A program made the position numbers and the translations under genes. A DNA stretch of 63,738 bases, counting the filler, from Licmophora abbreviata (lineage: Eukaryota): assembly GCA_900291995.1 (NCBI GenBank). It is 18 parts of 18 records of this genome, joined end to end, with 100 filler letters (N's around TTAATTAATTAA, not from the genome) between each part and the next. Parts side by side here need not be neighbours in the genome. Positions count along the whole stretch, not along the records: positions 19,718 to 25,867 come from OLMU01000989.1; positions 25,968 to 33,287 come from OLMU01000990.1; 16 more parts are not named here. One strand, written 5' to 3'. Under the pieces are notes generated by a model. It was not told the origin of the DNA. It made no database searches and saw only the letters and a program-made list of their open reading frames with translations. Shown in pieces: positions 21,685 through 32,022 of this stretch (the first letter of the stretch is position 1; every line of letters begins with the position of its first letter).

Positions 21685-22869
21685 ATGATCCACAAATCCT
21701 TGCCGTTTTCCGATGCCGAGTTTCAACGGCGCCTTACCAAGACCCGTCATGCGATGGAAGCCGCCGGTGTCGATGCGCTGTTCATCACCGATCCGTCGAA
21801 CCAGAACTGGCTGACCGGCTATGACGGCTGGTCTTTCTATGTGCATCAGGGGGTTATCGTTCTGCCGGATGCCGACCCGATCTGGTGGGGCCGCAATCAG
21901 GATGCCAATGGCGGCGTGCGGACCGTATGGATGACCGATGACCGGGTGATCGGCTATGCGGACAATTACGTGCAATCCACCGAACGTCACCCGATGCAGG
22001 ACCTTGCCGAACGGATGAAAGGCATGGGGCTGGACACCGCGCGGATCGGCGTTGAGATGGATAATTATTATTTTTCTGCAAAGGCTTATGCCGTGCTGCA
22101 GGCCGAGTTGCCGGATGCCAGCTTTCAGGATGTCACAGCATTGGTGAACTGGCAGCGGGCGGTCAAATCCGACGAGGAGCTGGCCTTTATCCGCAAGGCG
22201 GCGGCGATCAGCGAGAAGATCGTCGATGGCCTGTTGGAGCGGGTCGAGCCGGGGATTCCCAAGAATGAGATCGTGGCCGAGATCTTCCGCGATGCGATCC
22301 GGGGTGTGGATGGCGCATGGGGCGATTATCCGGCGATCGTGCCGCTTCTGCCGTCGGGCAGCGATGCGGCGGCGCCGCACCTGACGTGGGATGGCCGCGA
22401 CTTTGCCGAGGGCGAGGCGACTTTCTTTGAGATTTCAGGCTGTTACCGGCGTTATCACGCGCCGTTCTGCCGGACGCTTTTCCTTGGCAAGCCGCCGCAA
22501 TTCCTGCTGGATGCGGAAAAGGCGCTGGTCGAGGGGCTGGAAAACGGGCTTGAGGCCGCGAAGGCCGGCAACCGGGCTTGCGACATCGCCAATGCGCTGG
22601 CCGCACCGCTGGAGCGTGCAGGGATTCAGCGGGGGGCGCGCTGTGGCTATCCCATCGGTCTGAGCTATCCGCCGGATTGGGGCGAGCGCACCATCAGCCT
22701 GCGTGCCGAAGACGAGACCGTGCTGGAGCCGGGCATGACGTTCCACTTCATGCCGGGTCTGTGGATGTCCGATTGGGGGCTGGAAATCACCGAGTCCATC
22801 CTCATCAAGGAGGACGGCGCGGCCGAGACGTTCTGCAACCGGCCGCGGAAGATGTTCGTTAAGGATTGA
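21685..22869 (+). CDS. doeA: Ectoine hydrolase (M24 fold, DoeA/EutD)
   Basis: WLTGYDGWSFYVHQ, YVQSTERHPM, AAPHLTW, GLSYPPDWGERT, FHFMPGLW. Confidence 0.92.
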   Translation: MIHKSLPFSDAEFQRRLTKTRHAMEAAGVDALFITDPSNQNWLTGYDGWSFYVHQGVIVLPDADPIWWGRNQDANGGVRTVWMTDDRVIGYADNYVQSTERHPMQDLAERMKGMGLDTARIGVEMDNYYFSAKAYAVLQAELPDASFQDVTALVNWQRAVKSDEELAFIRKAAAISEKIVDGLLERVEPGIPKNEIVAEIFRDAIRGVDGAWGDYPAIVPLLPSGSDAAAPHLTWDGRDFAEGEATFFEISGCYRRYHAPFCRTLFLGKPPQFLLDAEKALVEGLENGLEAAKAGNRACDIANALAAPLERAGIQRGARCGYPIGLSYPPDWGERTISLRAEDETVLEPGMTFHFMPGLWMSDWGLEITESILIKEDGAAETFCNRPRKMFVKD

Positions 22870-22913
22870 CGGCGAATCACCCCAAGACCCAAGTTAACAA
22901 GGCAAAACCCGCT

Positions 22914-22957
22914 TCGGTATCGCGTCGGTACAACGTCGGTATCGCGTCGGTATGACA
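22914..22957. repeat. Four tandem 11-nt units
   Basis: tcggtatcgcg-tcggtacaacg-tcggtatcgcg-tcggtatgaca. Confidence 0.8.
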
Positions 22958-23063
22958 GCGGCAGGAGCCATGCGTTAACAGAGCGTTCGCGCGAATGCCG
23001 GTGACATCAAGGGCGCCGCTTGGTAAAGGAGCCAAGCGGCGTTTTTACAGGGGAGCCAGCGTC

Positions 23064-23630
23064 TTGAAGGTCACGGAAACCAAACTGCCCGGTGTGCTGC
23101 TGTTGGAGCCGCGCCGGTTCGGTGATGAACGGGGATTCTTTGCCGAAAGCTGGAACCGGAAAACATTTCTGGATCTTGGACTTGATATTGATTTCGTACA
23201 GGACAACCACTCGGTTTCGGCTGCGGTGGGCACGGTGCGCGGCCTGCATTTTCAGTCACCGCCCCATGCGCAGGACAAGCTGGTGCGCTGCGGGCGCGGT
23301 CGGTTTCTGGATGTGGCGGTGGATGCGCGCAAGGGAAGCCCCACCTATGGCCAGTGGGTCGGGTGCGAACTGAGCTTCGAAAACGGGTTGCAACTGCTGG
23401 TGCCCAAGGGGTTTCTGCACGGCTTTGTCACCCGCGAGCCGGATACCGAGATCATCTACAAATGCTCGGATTATTACGCGCCCGACTGTGATGGCGCGGT
23501 GCGGTTCGACGATCCCGATCTTGGCATCGACTGGGGTCTTGATGGCGCGCCCGTGCTGTCCGAGAAGGACGCCAAGGCGCAATCCTTTGCCGCGTTCGAC
23601 AGCCCATTCATCTACGGAGAGACCGCATGA
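23064..23630 (+). CDS. rmlC: dTDP-4-dehydrorhamnose 3,5-epimerase
   Basis: [32 protein letters not shown] start after GGGAG. Confidence 0.96.
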   Translation: MKVTETKLPGVLLLEPRRFGDERGFFAESWNRKTFLDLGLDIDFVQDNHSVSAAVGTVRGLHFQSPPHAQDKLVRCGRGRFLDVAVDARKGSPTYGQWVGCELSFENGLQLLVPKGFLHGFVTREPDTEIIYKCSDYYAPDCDGAVRFDDPDLGIDWGLDGAPVLSEKDAKAQSFAAFDSPFIYGETA

Positions 23631-24667
23631 AGATACTGGTGACAGGCGGTGCCGGGTTCATCGGCTCGGCGGTGGTGCGGCTGGCGATTGCGCGCGGCCA
23701 TGAGGTGGTGAACCTCGATGCTCTGACCTATGCGGGGCGGCTGGAGAATGTCGCGAGCGTCGCGGATGATCCGCGCTACCGGTTCGAACAGGTCGATATC
23801 CGCGACCGCGCCGAGCTGGGCCGGGTGTTCACACAGCACAAGCCCGATGCGGTGATGCATCTGGCGGCGGAATCGCATGTCGACCGGTCGATCGACGGGC
23901 CGGGCGATTTCATCGAAACGAACATCATCGGCACCTACAACATGCTGGAGGCCGCGCGCACCCATTGGATCGGTGAGGGCCGGCCCGAGGGGTTCCGGTT
24001 TCATCATATCTCGACCGATGAGGTCTTTGGCTCGCTTGGCGAGACGGGGCTCTTCACCGAAGAGACGCCCTATGATCCGCGCAGTCCCTATTCCGCCTCG
24101 AAAGCGTCGTCGGATCACCTGGTGCGGGCCTGGTTCCATACCTATGGGCTGCCCGTGGTGCTGACCAATTGCTCGAACAATTACGGCGCGTTTCATTTCC
24201 CCGAGAAGCTGATCCCCAAGGTGATCCTGAACGCGCTGCACGAGCGCGCGATCCCGGTCTATGGTCAGGGGCTGAATGTGCGCGACTGGCTTTATGTGGA
24301 CGATCACGCCGATGCGCTGCTGCTGGCGGTGGAAAAGGGCGAACCCGGTCGCAGTTATAACGTGGGCGGGCATAACGAGCGGCGCAACATCGATCTGGTG
24401 CATGCGATCTGCGATATCCTTGACGACAAGCGCCCGCGCGGCACCGGCAGCTACCGCGATCTTATCGCCTTTGTCGAAGATCGCCCCGGCCATGATGCGC
24501 GCTATGCGATCGATCCCGACAGGATCATGGAAGAATTGGGGTGGAGACCGTCGGTGACGGTGGAACAGGGTCTGGAAAAGACCGTGCAATGGTATCTGGA
24601 CAACCCCGATTGGTGGCAACCGCTGCTGGAGATTGACGGCGTCGGCACACGGGTGGGCACGGGATGA
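23627..24667 (+). CDS. rmlB: dTDP-glucose 4,6-dehydratase
   Basis: [42 protein letters not shown]. Confidence 0.97.
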   Translation: MKILVTGGAGFIGSAVVRLAIARGHEVVNLDALTYAGRLENVASVADDPRYRFEQVDIRDRAELGRVFTQHKPDAVMHLAAESHVDRSIDGPGDFIETNIIGTYNMLEAARTHWIGEGRPEGFRFHHISTDEVFGSLGETGLFTEETPYDPRSPYSASKASSDHLVRAWFHTYGLPVVLTNCSNNYGAFHFPEKLIPKVILNALHERAIPVYGQGLNVRDWLYVDDHADALLLAVEKGEPGRSYNVGGHNERRNIDLVHAICDILDDKRPRGTGSYRDLIAFVEDRPGHDARYAIDPDRIMEELGWRPSVTVEQGLEKTVQWYLDNPDWWQPLLEIDGVGTRVGTG

Positions 24668-25512
24668 GCCTTCTGGTTTTCGGCAAGACGGGACAGGTGG
24701 CAACGGAACTGGCCGCGCGCGCGCCGGATGCCGTTTTTCTGGACCGAACCGAGGCGCATCTGAGCCAGCCGGAGGCGTGTGCTGCCGCGATTGAGGCGCA
24801 TCGGCCATGGGCGGTGATCAATGCCGCCGCCTATACCGCCGTGGACCGCGCCGAAGAGGAAGAGGCGCTGGCGCATGTCGTCAATGCGGACGCGCCGGGG
24901 GCCATGGCGCGGGCCTGTGCTGTGGCTGGCATCCCGCTGATCCATATCTCGACCGATTATGTCTTTGATGGCTCAGGTGAGACGCCGCGCGCCACAACAG
25001 ACCCTGTTGCACCGCAAAACGCCTATGGGCGCAGCAAGCTTGCGGGCGAAGAGGCGATTGCGCAGGCCGGGGGCGCTTATGCGATTCTTCGAACGTCATG
25101 GGTGTTTTCGGCGCATGGGGCGAATTTCCTCAAGACCATGCTGCGCCTGTCGGAAAGCCGTGATGCGCTGAACATCGTGGACGATCAGATCGGGGGGCCG
25201 ACGCCGGCGGCGGATATCGCGGCCGCCTGCCTTGCGATGACCGAGCAGATGCGCGCCGATCCGGGCAAGACCGGCATCTATCATTTCTCAGGCGCGCCTG
25301 ATGTGAGCTGGAAAGAGTTTGCCGAAACCATTTTCGAGATGGCGGGACGCCGCGTTGCGGTAAGTGGCATTCCGACCGCAAACTATCCGACACCTGCGGC
25401 GCGACCATTGAACTCGAGGCTGGATTGCGCTTTGACAGAGACTGTTTTCGGCATTTCCCGGCCAGACTGGCGGATGGGTGTGGGATCGGTTTTGAAAGAC
25501 TTGGGAGTTTAA
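24664..25512 (+). CDS. rmlD: dTDP-4-dehydrorhamnose reductase
   Basis: [37 protein letters not shown]. Confidence 0.96.
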   Translation: MSLLVFGKTGQVATELAARAPDAVFLDRTEAHLSQPEACAAAIEAHRPWAVINAAAYTAVDRAEEEEALAHVVNADAPGAMARACAVAGIPLIHISTDYVFDGSGETPRATTDPVAPQNAYGRSKLAGEEAIAQAGGAYAILRTSWVFSAHGANFLKTMLRLSESRDALNIVDDQIGGPTPAADIAAACLAMTEQMRADPGKTGIYHFSGAPDVSWKEFAETIFEMAGRRVAVSGIPTANYPTPAARPLNSRLDCALTETVFGISRPDWRMGVGSVLKDLGV

Positions 25513-25517
25513 GGCGC

Positions 25518-26456
25518 ATGACGCAGCGAAAAGGCATTATTCTGGCCGGGGGATCCGGCACACGGCTTTATCCGATCACCATGGGTGTCTCGAAGCAGCT
25601 TTTGCCGATCTATGACAAGCCGATGATCTATTACCCACTGTCGGTGCTGATGCTGGCGGGGATCCGCGAGATCGCGATGATCACCACGCCGCACGATCAG
25701 GAGCAGTTCCAGCGCGTTCTGGGCGATGGCAGCCAGTGGGGGCTGTCGCTGACCTATATCGTGCAGCCTTCGCCCGACGGGCTGGCGCAGGCCTATATCC
25801 TGGCGGATGGGTTCCTGAATGGTGCGCCGTCGGCGATGGTGCTGGGGGATAACATCTTTTTCGGGCANNNNNNNNNNNNNNNNNNNNNNNNNNNNNNNNN
25901 NNNNNNNNNNNTTAATTAATTAANNNNNNNNNNNNNNNNNNNNNNNNNNNNNNNNNNNNNNNNNNNNCAGACCGTGGGCGGCACGGTGTTCGGCTATCAC
26001 GTGGCCGATCCAGAACGCTATGGCGTGGTCAGTTTCGACGCCGAGGGGCGCGCGCAGCAGATCATCGAAAAGCCCGAGGTGCCGCCGTCGAACTATGCGG
26101 TGACGGGCTTGTATTTCCTCGATGGCGACGCGCCGAAGCTGGCGCGGGAGGTGCAACCATCGGAGCGCGGAGAGCTGGAGATCACCACGCTTCTCGAGAT
26201 GTATCTGCATGCCGGCAAGCTTGAGGTGAAGCGGATGGGGCGCGGCTATGCGTGGCTGGACACGGGAACCCACGCAAGCCTGCTGGACGCGGGCAATTTC
26301 GTGCGCACGCTGACCATGCGGCAGGGGCTTCAGACCGGCTGTCTGGACGAGATCGCCTATGACATGGGCTGGATCAGCCGGGAGGATCTGGAAAAGCGGG
26401 CCGAGATGTTCGCCAAGAACGATTACGGCCGATACTTGAAAGGCCGCCTGAAATAA
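25518..26456 (+). CDS. rmlA: Glucose-1-phosphate thymidylyltransferase, split by linker
   Basis: [22 protein letters not shown], then PERYGVV, RGELEIT, WLDTGT after the gap. Confidence 0.95.
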
Positions 26457-26467
26457 GGCGGCCTTTC
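26439..26467. terminator. Hairpin terminator at the rmlA stop
   Basis: aaaggccgcct/aggcggccttt stem, between convergent genes. Confidence 0.7.
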
Positions 26468-26523
26468 GGTGGGGTTGCCAGGGGTCTTGGCAGGGGTCGT
26501 GTCGGGAGTCGCGCCGGAAACGG

Positions 26524-27921
26524 TCAACTGGCAGCGACCAGAAGTCCTTCGTCCTTGATGCGCGTGTAAGCACTATTGAGGGCGATGGTTGCACGCTCGA
26601 TCAGGGTGTCGATCTCGGGCTTGGAAATGATGAGCGGCGGGGAGATCACCATGCGGTCGCCCACATGGCGCATCACCAGATTGTTGGCGAAACATTCCTC
26701 GCGGCAGATGAACCCGGCGGTGCCGGCCTCGGCGGCGAATTTGGCGCGGCTTGCCTTGTGCGGCGTCAAGGCGATGGAGCCCATGAGCCCGGCGATCTTC
26801 GCCTCGCCCACCAGCGGGTGATCGGCCAGCGTTTCCCATTTTTCCTTGAGATAGGGGGCGGTGTCGCGACCGGCGCGCTCGACGATGCCCTCTTCTTGCA
26901 GGATGCGGAGGTTTTCCAGCGCCACGGCACAAGAAACCGGGTGACCGGAATAGGTGTAGCCATGGGCGAAATCGCACTCGTTCATCACCTCGGCCACCTC
27001 GTCGCAAACGAGCGAGCCGCCGATCGGGGCATAGCCGGAGCTTAGCCCCTTGGCGATGGTCATGATATGCGGGCGGATGCCATAGCTTTCGGAGGCGAAC
27101 CACTGGCCGGTCCGGCCAAAGCCACAGATCACTTCGTCAGCGATGAGCAGGATCTCGTACTTGTCGCAGATGCGCTGAATTTCGGGCCAATAGGTCGAGG
27201 GCGGCACGATGACGCCGCCAGCGCCCTGCACCGGTTCGCCGATAAAGGCGGCGACGCGGTCCTCGCCGATCTGATGGATCGCCTCTTCGAGTTCGCGGGC
27301 ACGGGCAAGGCCGAATTCCTCGGGCGTCATGTCGCCGCCTTCGGCATACCAGTGCGGCTGGTTGATATGGTGCACATCGGGGATCGGCAGGCCGCCCTGC
27401 GCATGCATCGCGGACATGCCACCCAAGCTGGCGCTGCCGACGGACGAGCCGTGATAGGCGTTCTTGCGGCTGATGATGACCTTCTTGGAGGGCTTGCCCT
27501 TCTGTTCCCAATAGGTGCGCACCAGACGGATATTGGTGTCGTTCGCTTCAGAGCCTGAACCGGCGTAGAACACGTGATTGAGGTCATACGGCGTCAGTTC
27601 CGCCAGCTTGTCGGCCAGAGCGATGGCGGGGACATGGGTGGTCTGGAAGAAGGTGTTGTAATAGGGCAGTTCGCGCATCTGACGGGCCGCAGCCTCGGCC
27701 AGTTCGTGGCGGCCATAGCCGATATTGACGCACCAGAGCCCGGCCATGGCATCGAGGATCTCATTGCCTTCGCTGTCGGTCAGGGTGACGCCGTTGGCGC
27801 GGGTGATGACGCGCGCGCCCTTGCGTTCCAGATCATGACCATGGGTGAAAGGGTGCATGTGATGGGCCGCATCGAGCGCCTGCAATTCCGCCGTGGGCAT
27901 GTGATTTGTGATCAGCGTCAT
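26524..27921 (-). CDS. Class III aminotransferase (putrescine:pyruvate, SpuC-like)
   Basis: DAAHHMHPF, DAMAGLWC, ADEVICGFGRTG, AKGLSSGY; next to potFGHI. Confidence 0.85.
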   Translation of the reverse strand: MTLITNHMPTAELQALDAAHHMHPFTHGHDLERKGARVITRANGVTLTDSEGNEILDAMAGLWCVNIGYGRHELAEAAARQMRELPYYNTFFQTTHVPAIALADKLAELTPYDLNHVFYAGSGSEANDTNIRLVRTYWEQKGKPSKKVIISRKNAYHGSSVGSASLGGMSAMHAQGGLPIPDVHHINQPHWYAEGGDMTPEEFGLARARELEEAIHQIGEDRVAAFIGEPVQGAGGVIVPPSTYWPEIQRICDKYEILLIADEVICGFGRTGQWFASESYGIRPHIMTIAKGLSSGYAPIGGSLVCDEVAEVMNECDFAHGYTYSGHPVSCAVALENLRILQEEGIVERAGRDTAPYLKEKWETLADHPLVGEAKIAGLMGSIALTPHKASRAKFAAEAGTAGFICREECFANNLVMRHVGDRMVISPPLIISKPEIDTLIERATIALNSAYTRIKDEGLLVAAS

Positions 27922-28014
27922 GACAAGACCTTTCGCGAAGTGGCATCGCGGCACAACACCCGCGCGCCGCCTTTTGGCGCCAGAATATGATCAAATTATC
28001 CGGTGTCAATCGAA

Positions 28015-28710
28015 TCAGCGGATCGGGGTGGGTGTCTCGAAGGATTGGCGGACCTGTTCCATGCCCTGGATCACATCCTCGCGGATCGAGCGCGCCGCGG
28101 ATTCGGCGTCGCGCGCCCGCATCGCGGCGAGCAAATCCTTGTGCTTATCCGGCAGATTCTGGGTGCCAAGACGCCCGCAAACCACCCTGAGAGACGGCCC
28201 GAACCGCAGCCAGAGACCATCGGCCATATTGGCCAGAATCGGGGCATCGGCCAATTCGTAGAGCCGTTTGTGAAACCGGTAATTCAGTTCCAGATAGCCG
28301 CGCAAATCGCCCCGGCGAATCGCCTCGTCGAGATCGGCATCCATGGCGGCAAGCTGATCGAGGTCACAGGGCGTTGCCCGCTCAGTTGCACGGAGACTCA
28401 GATGAGGATCAAGCCATTGGCGAGCAAGGATAAGTTCGCTGATATTATCCGCCGACAGAAGCGGAACGCAGACCCGTCTGTTGCCCTGAAACTCCAGCGC
28501 CCCCTCGCTGATGAGACGGCGAATCGCCTCGCGCACCGGGGTCATTCCGGCGCCGAGCCTGTCGGTCAGGCCCTGGATCGTGACGGGCTGTCCCGGCGCA
28601 AGATCGCCGAACAGAACGAGGTCGCGCAACTGGCGGTAAATCAGCTCATGTGCAGGCAGCCGTCCCTTTTCAGGGACGGAGGTGTCCAATTTTCGGGCAG
28701 CCTTGGTCAT
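28015..28710 (-). CDS. GntR/FCD-family transcriptional regulator
   Basis: GDLAPG, GMTPVREAIRRL HTH; NYRFH in the FCD domain. Confidence 0.9.
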   Translation of the reverse strand: MTKAARKLDTSVPEKGRLPAHELIYRQLRDLVLFGDLAPGQPVTIQGLTDRLGAGMTPVREAIRRLISEGALEFQGNRRVCVPLLSADNISELILARQWLDPHLSLRATERATPCDLDQLAAMDADLDEAIRRGDLRGYLELNYRFHKRLYELADAPILANMADGLWLRFGPSLRVVCGRLGTQNLPDKHKDLLAAMRARDAESAARSIREDVIQGMEQVRQSFETPTPIR

Positions 28711-28801
28711 CTTTCGCCTTTCCGGACCGCGCTCACAAGCAAGCATCTTGCGAGTTTAGCGACTGCATGAAAACATTGCCATATTGCCATGTGCGGAAAT
28801 T

Positions 28802-28811
28802 TTTGATCAAA
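28802..28811. promoter_or_regulatory. Candidate GntR operator TTTGATCAAA
   Basis: Perfect palindrome in the gntR/potF divergent region; 1-mismatch copy TATGATCAAA at 27986-27995. Confidence 0.45.
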
Positions 28812-28857
28812 TCCGCAGCCACGGCAGAGCAACATGCCGAACCAACGGGAGATCGCA

Positions 28858-29943
28858 ATGCGAAATCTGTTTCTGACGACCACCGCCGCGCTGGCCCTTG
28901 GAGCCATGAGCGCCACGGCGCAGGAGGTGCGGGTCTACAACTGGTCCGACTATATCGACGAAGACCTGCTGACGCAGTTCGAGGAAGAGACCGGGCTGGA
29001 TCTGGTCTATGACGTCTTCGACAGCAACGAGGTGCTGGAAACCAAGATGCTGGCCGGCGGCTCGGGCTATGATGTGGTGGTGCCGTCGGGCACCTTCCTG
29101 CAGCGGCAGATCCAGGCGGGCGCATTCCAGAAGCTGGACAAGTCCAAGCTGCCCAATCTGGAGAACATGTGGAGCGTCGTGCAGGATCGTACGGCCAAGT
29201 ACGACCCCGGCCATGACTATTCGATCAACTACATGTGGGGCACCACGGGACTCGGCGTGAATGTCGGCAAGGTCACCGAATTGCTGGGCGAAGATGCCCC
29301 GATGAACAGCTGGGCGCTGGTGTTCGAGCCGGAGAACATGGCAAAGCTGGCGGAATGCGGCGTGCATTTCCTTGATGCGCCGGCCGAGATGATCCCCGCC
29401 GCGCTGAATTATATCGGCGAAGACCCCGACAGCCACGATCCCGATGTGATCGCCAAGGTCGAAGAGGTCTATATGGGCATCCGCCCGCATATCCAGAAGT
29501 TCCATAGCTCGGAATACATCAACGCTCTGGCCAATGGCGATATCTGTGTCGCGGTGGGCTGGTCCGGGGATATCCTGCAGGCGCGCGACCGCGCCGCCGA
29601 GGCCGATAACGGTGTCGAGATCGTCTATAACGCCCCCAAGGAAGGCGCGCAGATGTGGTTCGACCAGATGGCCATTCCGGTGGATGCCCCCAACCCCGAG
29701 GGCGCGCATGTGTTCCTCAACTTCATCATGGATGCGCAGAACATGGCGAAGGCGTCGAACTATGTCTATTACGCCAACGGCAACAAGGCATCGCAGGAGT
29801 TTCTGATCGAGGATGTGATCGGCGATCCGGCGATCTATCCGGATGAGGAAACGCTGAACAACCTGTTCACGACCACGCCCTATCCGGCCAATGTTCAGCG
29901 GACGGTCACGCGCCTTTGGACCAAGATCAAGTCCGGCACCTGA
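28858..29943 (+). CDS. potF: Putrescine ABC transporter substrate-binding protein
   Basis: Signal peptide, VYNWSDYI, FDSNE, YMWGTTG, YINALANGDICVAVGWSGD. Confidence 0.92.
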   Translation: MRNLFLTTTAALALGAMSATAQEVRVYNWSDYIDEDLLTQFEEETGLDLVYDVFDSNEVLETKMLAGGSGYDVVVPSGTFLQRQIQAGAFQKLDKSKLPNLENMWSVVQDRTAKYDPGHDYSINYMWGTTGLGVNVGKVTELLGEDAPMNSWALVFEPENMAKLAECGVHFLDAPAEMIPAALNYIGEDPDSHDPDVIAKVEEVYMGIRPHIQKFHSSEYINALANGDICVAVGWSGDILQARDRAAEADNGVEIVYNAPKEGAQMWFDQMAIPVDAPNPEGAHVFLNFIMDAQNMAKASNYVYYANGNKASQEFLIEDVIGDPAIYPDEETLNNLFTTTPYPANVQRTVTRLWTKIKSGT

Positions 29944-30003
29944 CCCGTGACATGACGGCCCGCGCGGAATGTCGCGCGGGCCATTCTCAGCCGAGGGACA
30001 GGT

Positions 30004-31128
30004 ATGCCGGAAAAGATATTCGAGCCCTGGAACGATCCTGACGCCAAGCCGCTGATCCAGTTCAAGGGCGTGACCAAGCGGTTCGGCGATTTTACCGCCA
30101 TCGACAACCAGACCTTCGATATCTACGAGCGCGAGTTCTTTGCCCTGCTCGGCCCGTCGGGCTGTGGCAAAACGACGATGATGCGGATGCTGGCCGGGTT
30201 CGAGAAACCCACCGAAGGCACGATCCTGCTGGCGGGGCAGGACATGGCTCCGATCCCGCCCAACAAGCGGGCGGTGAACATGATGTTCCAGTCCTATGCG
30301 CTGTTTCCGCATCTGTCGGTCTGGGAGAATATCGCCTTTGGCCTCAGGCGCGACGGGCGCCCCAAAGACGAGATCGCGGCGCGGGTGAGCGACATGCTCA
30401 AGCTGACGCGGCTGGAGAAATTCGCCAAGCGCAAGCCACACCAGATCTCGGGTGGGCAAAGGCAGCGCGTGGCGCTGGCCCGGAGCCTTGCCAAGGCGCC
30501 CAAACTGCTGCTGCTGGACGAGCCGCTTGGCGCGCTGGATGCCAAGCTGCGGCAGGCGACACAGTTTGAGTTGATGGATATTCAGGAAAAGACCGGCACC
30601 ACATTCGTCATCGTCACCCACGATCAGGAAGAGGCGATGACCGTGGCCAGCCGCGTGGCGGTGATGGATGACGGCAAGATCGTGCAGGCCGATACGCCAG
30701 CGCGGATCTATGAATCGCCGAATTCGGTCTATGTGGCGGATTTCATCGGGGATGTGACGATCATCGAAGGCACCGCCCGCAAATCCGGCGACGGCTATGA
30801 GATCAGCCATGCCGAAGGGCTGCCCGCGCTTTACGCCGTGTCGGATGCGCAGCTGACAGACGGGCAGCGCGTCTTTCTGGCGATCCGGCCCGAAAAGGTC
30901 GAGATCACCGCCGACAAACCCGAAAGCAAGCGCAATGCGCTGCGCGGCAAGATCATCGACATCGCCTATCTGGGCAATATCTCGACCTATCACGTGGCGC
31001 TGCCGAACGGGCAGATCGTCAAGGCGCAGACGGCCAATACGCGGCGCCTGTCGCGCCGGTCCTTCACATGGGAGGACGAGGTCTGGCTAAGCTGGACCGA
31101 TACCGCCGCCGTCCTGCTGGAGCATTAG
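30004..31128 (+). CDS. potG: Putrescine ABC transporter ATP-binding protein
   Basis: GPSGCGKT, MMFQSYALFPH, SGGQRQR, LDEP. Confidence 0.9.
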   Translation: MPEKIFEPWNDPDAKPLIQFKGVTKRFGDFTAIDNQTFDIYEREFFALLGPSGCGKTTMMRMLAGFEKPTEGTILLAGQDMAPIPPNKRAVNMMFQSYALFPHLSVWENIAFGLRRDGRPKDEIAARVSDMLKLTRLEKFAKRKPHQISGGQRQRVALARSLAKAPKLLLLDEPLGALDAKLRQATQFELMDIQEKTGTTFVIVTHDQEEAMTVASRVAVMDDGKIVQADTPARIYESPNSVYVADFIGDVTIIEGTARKSGDGYEISHAEGLPALYAVSDAQLTDGQRVFLAIRPEKVEITADKPESKRNALRGKIIDIAYLGNISTYHVALPNGQIVKAQTANTRRLSRRSFTWEDEVWLSWTDTAAVLLEH

Positions 31129-31131
31129 GAG

Positions 31132-32022
31132 ATGCGGCGCGCCGGTCTCATCCTTGTCCCGTATCTGTGGCTTCTGGCACTATTCCTTGTGCCGTTCATC
31201 ATCGTGCTCAAGATCAGTCTGAGCGATATCGCGCTGGCCATTCCGCCCTATACGCCGACGCTGGACCTGTCCGAGGGCTGGGCCGGGATCAAGGCGTTCT
31301 TCGGCGCGCTGGATTTCGAGAACTTCTGGTTTCTGACGACGGATGATCTGTATTGGAAAGCCTATCTGTCTTCGGTGCAGATCGCGGCCATCGCCACGCT
31401 GCTGACGCTTCTGGTGGGCTATCCCATCGCCTATGGCATGGCGAATGCGCCGGATCACTGGCGCCCGACGCTGATGCTTCTGGTGATCCTGCCGTTCTGG
31501 ACCAGCTTCCTGATCCGGGTCTATTCGTGGATGGGGATCCTGTCGAATGAGGGATATCTCAACCAGTTCCTGCTGTGGACCGGGCTGATATCCGAGCCGC
31601 TGACCATCCTGAACACGCCGATCGCGGTCTATATCGGGATCGTCTATACCTATTTGCCGTTCATGATCCTGCCGATCTATGCGGCGCTTGAGCGGATGGA
31701 TGGCTCTTTGCTGGAAGCGGCCGAGGATCTTGGCTGTTCGCGGCTTTCGGCCTTTTGGCTGGTGACCATTCCGCTGAGCCGCAACGGAATCATCGCCGGG
31801 TGCTTTCTGGTGTTCATCCCCACCATCGGCGAATTCGTGATCCCGTCGCTTCTGGGGGGGTCGCAAACGCTGATGATCGGCAAGGTCTTGTGGGAGGAAT
31901 TCTTCAACAACCGAGACTGGCCGGTGGCCAGCGCCGTCGCGGTGATCCTGCTGTTGATCCTGATTATTCCGATCATCCTGTTCCAGCGCAACGAACAGAA
32001 AAACCGCGAGGCTGACGGATGA
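31132..32022 (+). CDS. potH: Putrescine ABC transporter permease
   Basis: PYLWL, LPFWTSFLIRVY, LLEAAEDLG, NRDWPVASA. Confidence 0.9.
   Translation: MRRAGLILVPYLWLLALFLVPFIIVLKISLSDIALAIPPYTPTLDLSEGWAGIKAFFGALDFENFWFLTTDDLYWKAYLSSVQIAAIATLLTLLVGYPIAYGMANAPDHWRPTLMLLVILPFWTSFLIRVYSWMGILSNEGYLNQFLLWTGLISEPLTILNTPIAVYIGIVYTYLPFMILPIYAALERMDGSLLEAAEDLGCSRLSAFWLVTIPLSRNGIIAGCFLVFIPTIGEFVIPSLLGGSQTLMIGKVLWEEFFNNRDWPVASAVAVILLLILIIPIILFQRNEQKNREADG

Noticed and set aside
29957..29982. Hairpin between potF and potG as a riboswitch or sRNA
   Set aside because: Simple GC stem typical of mRNA-stabilising hairpins after binding-protein genes; no aptamer features
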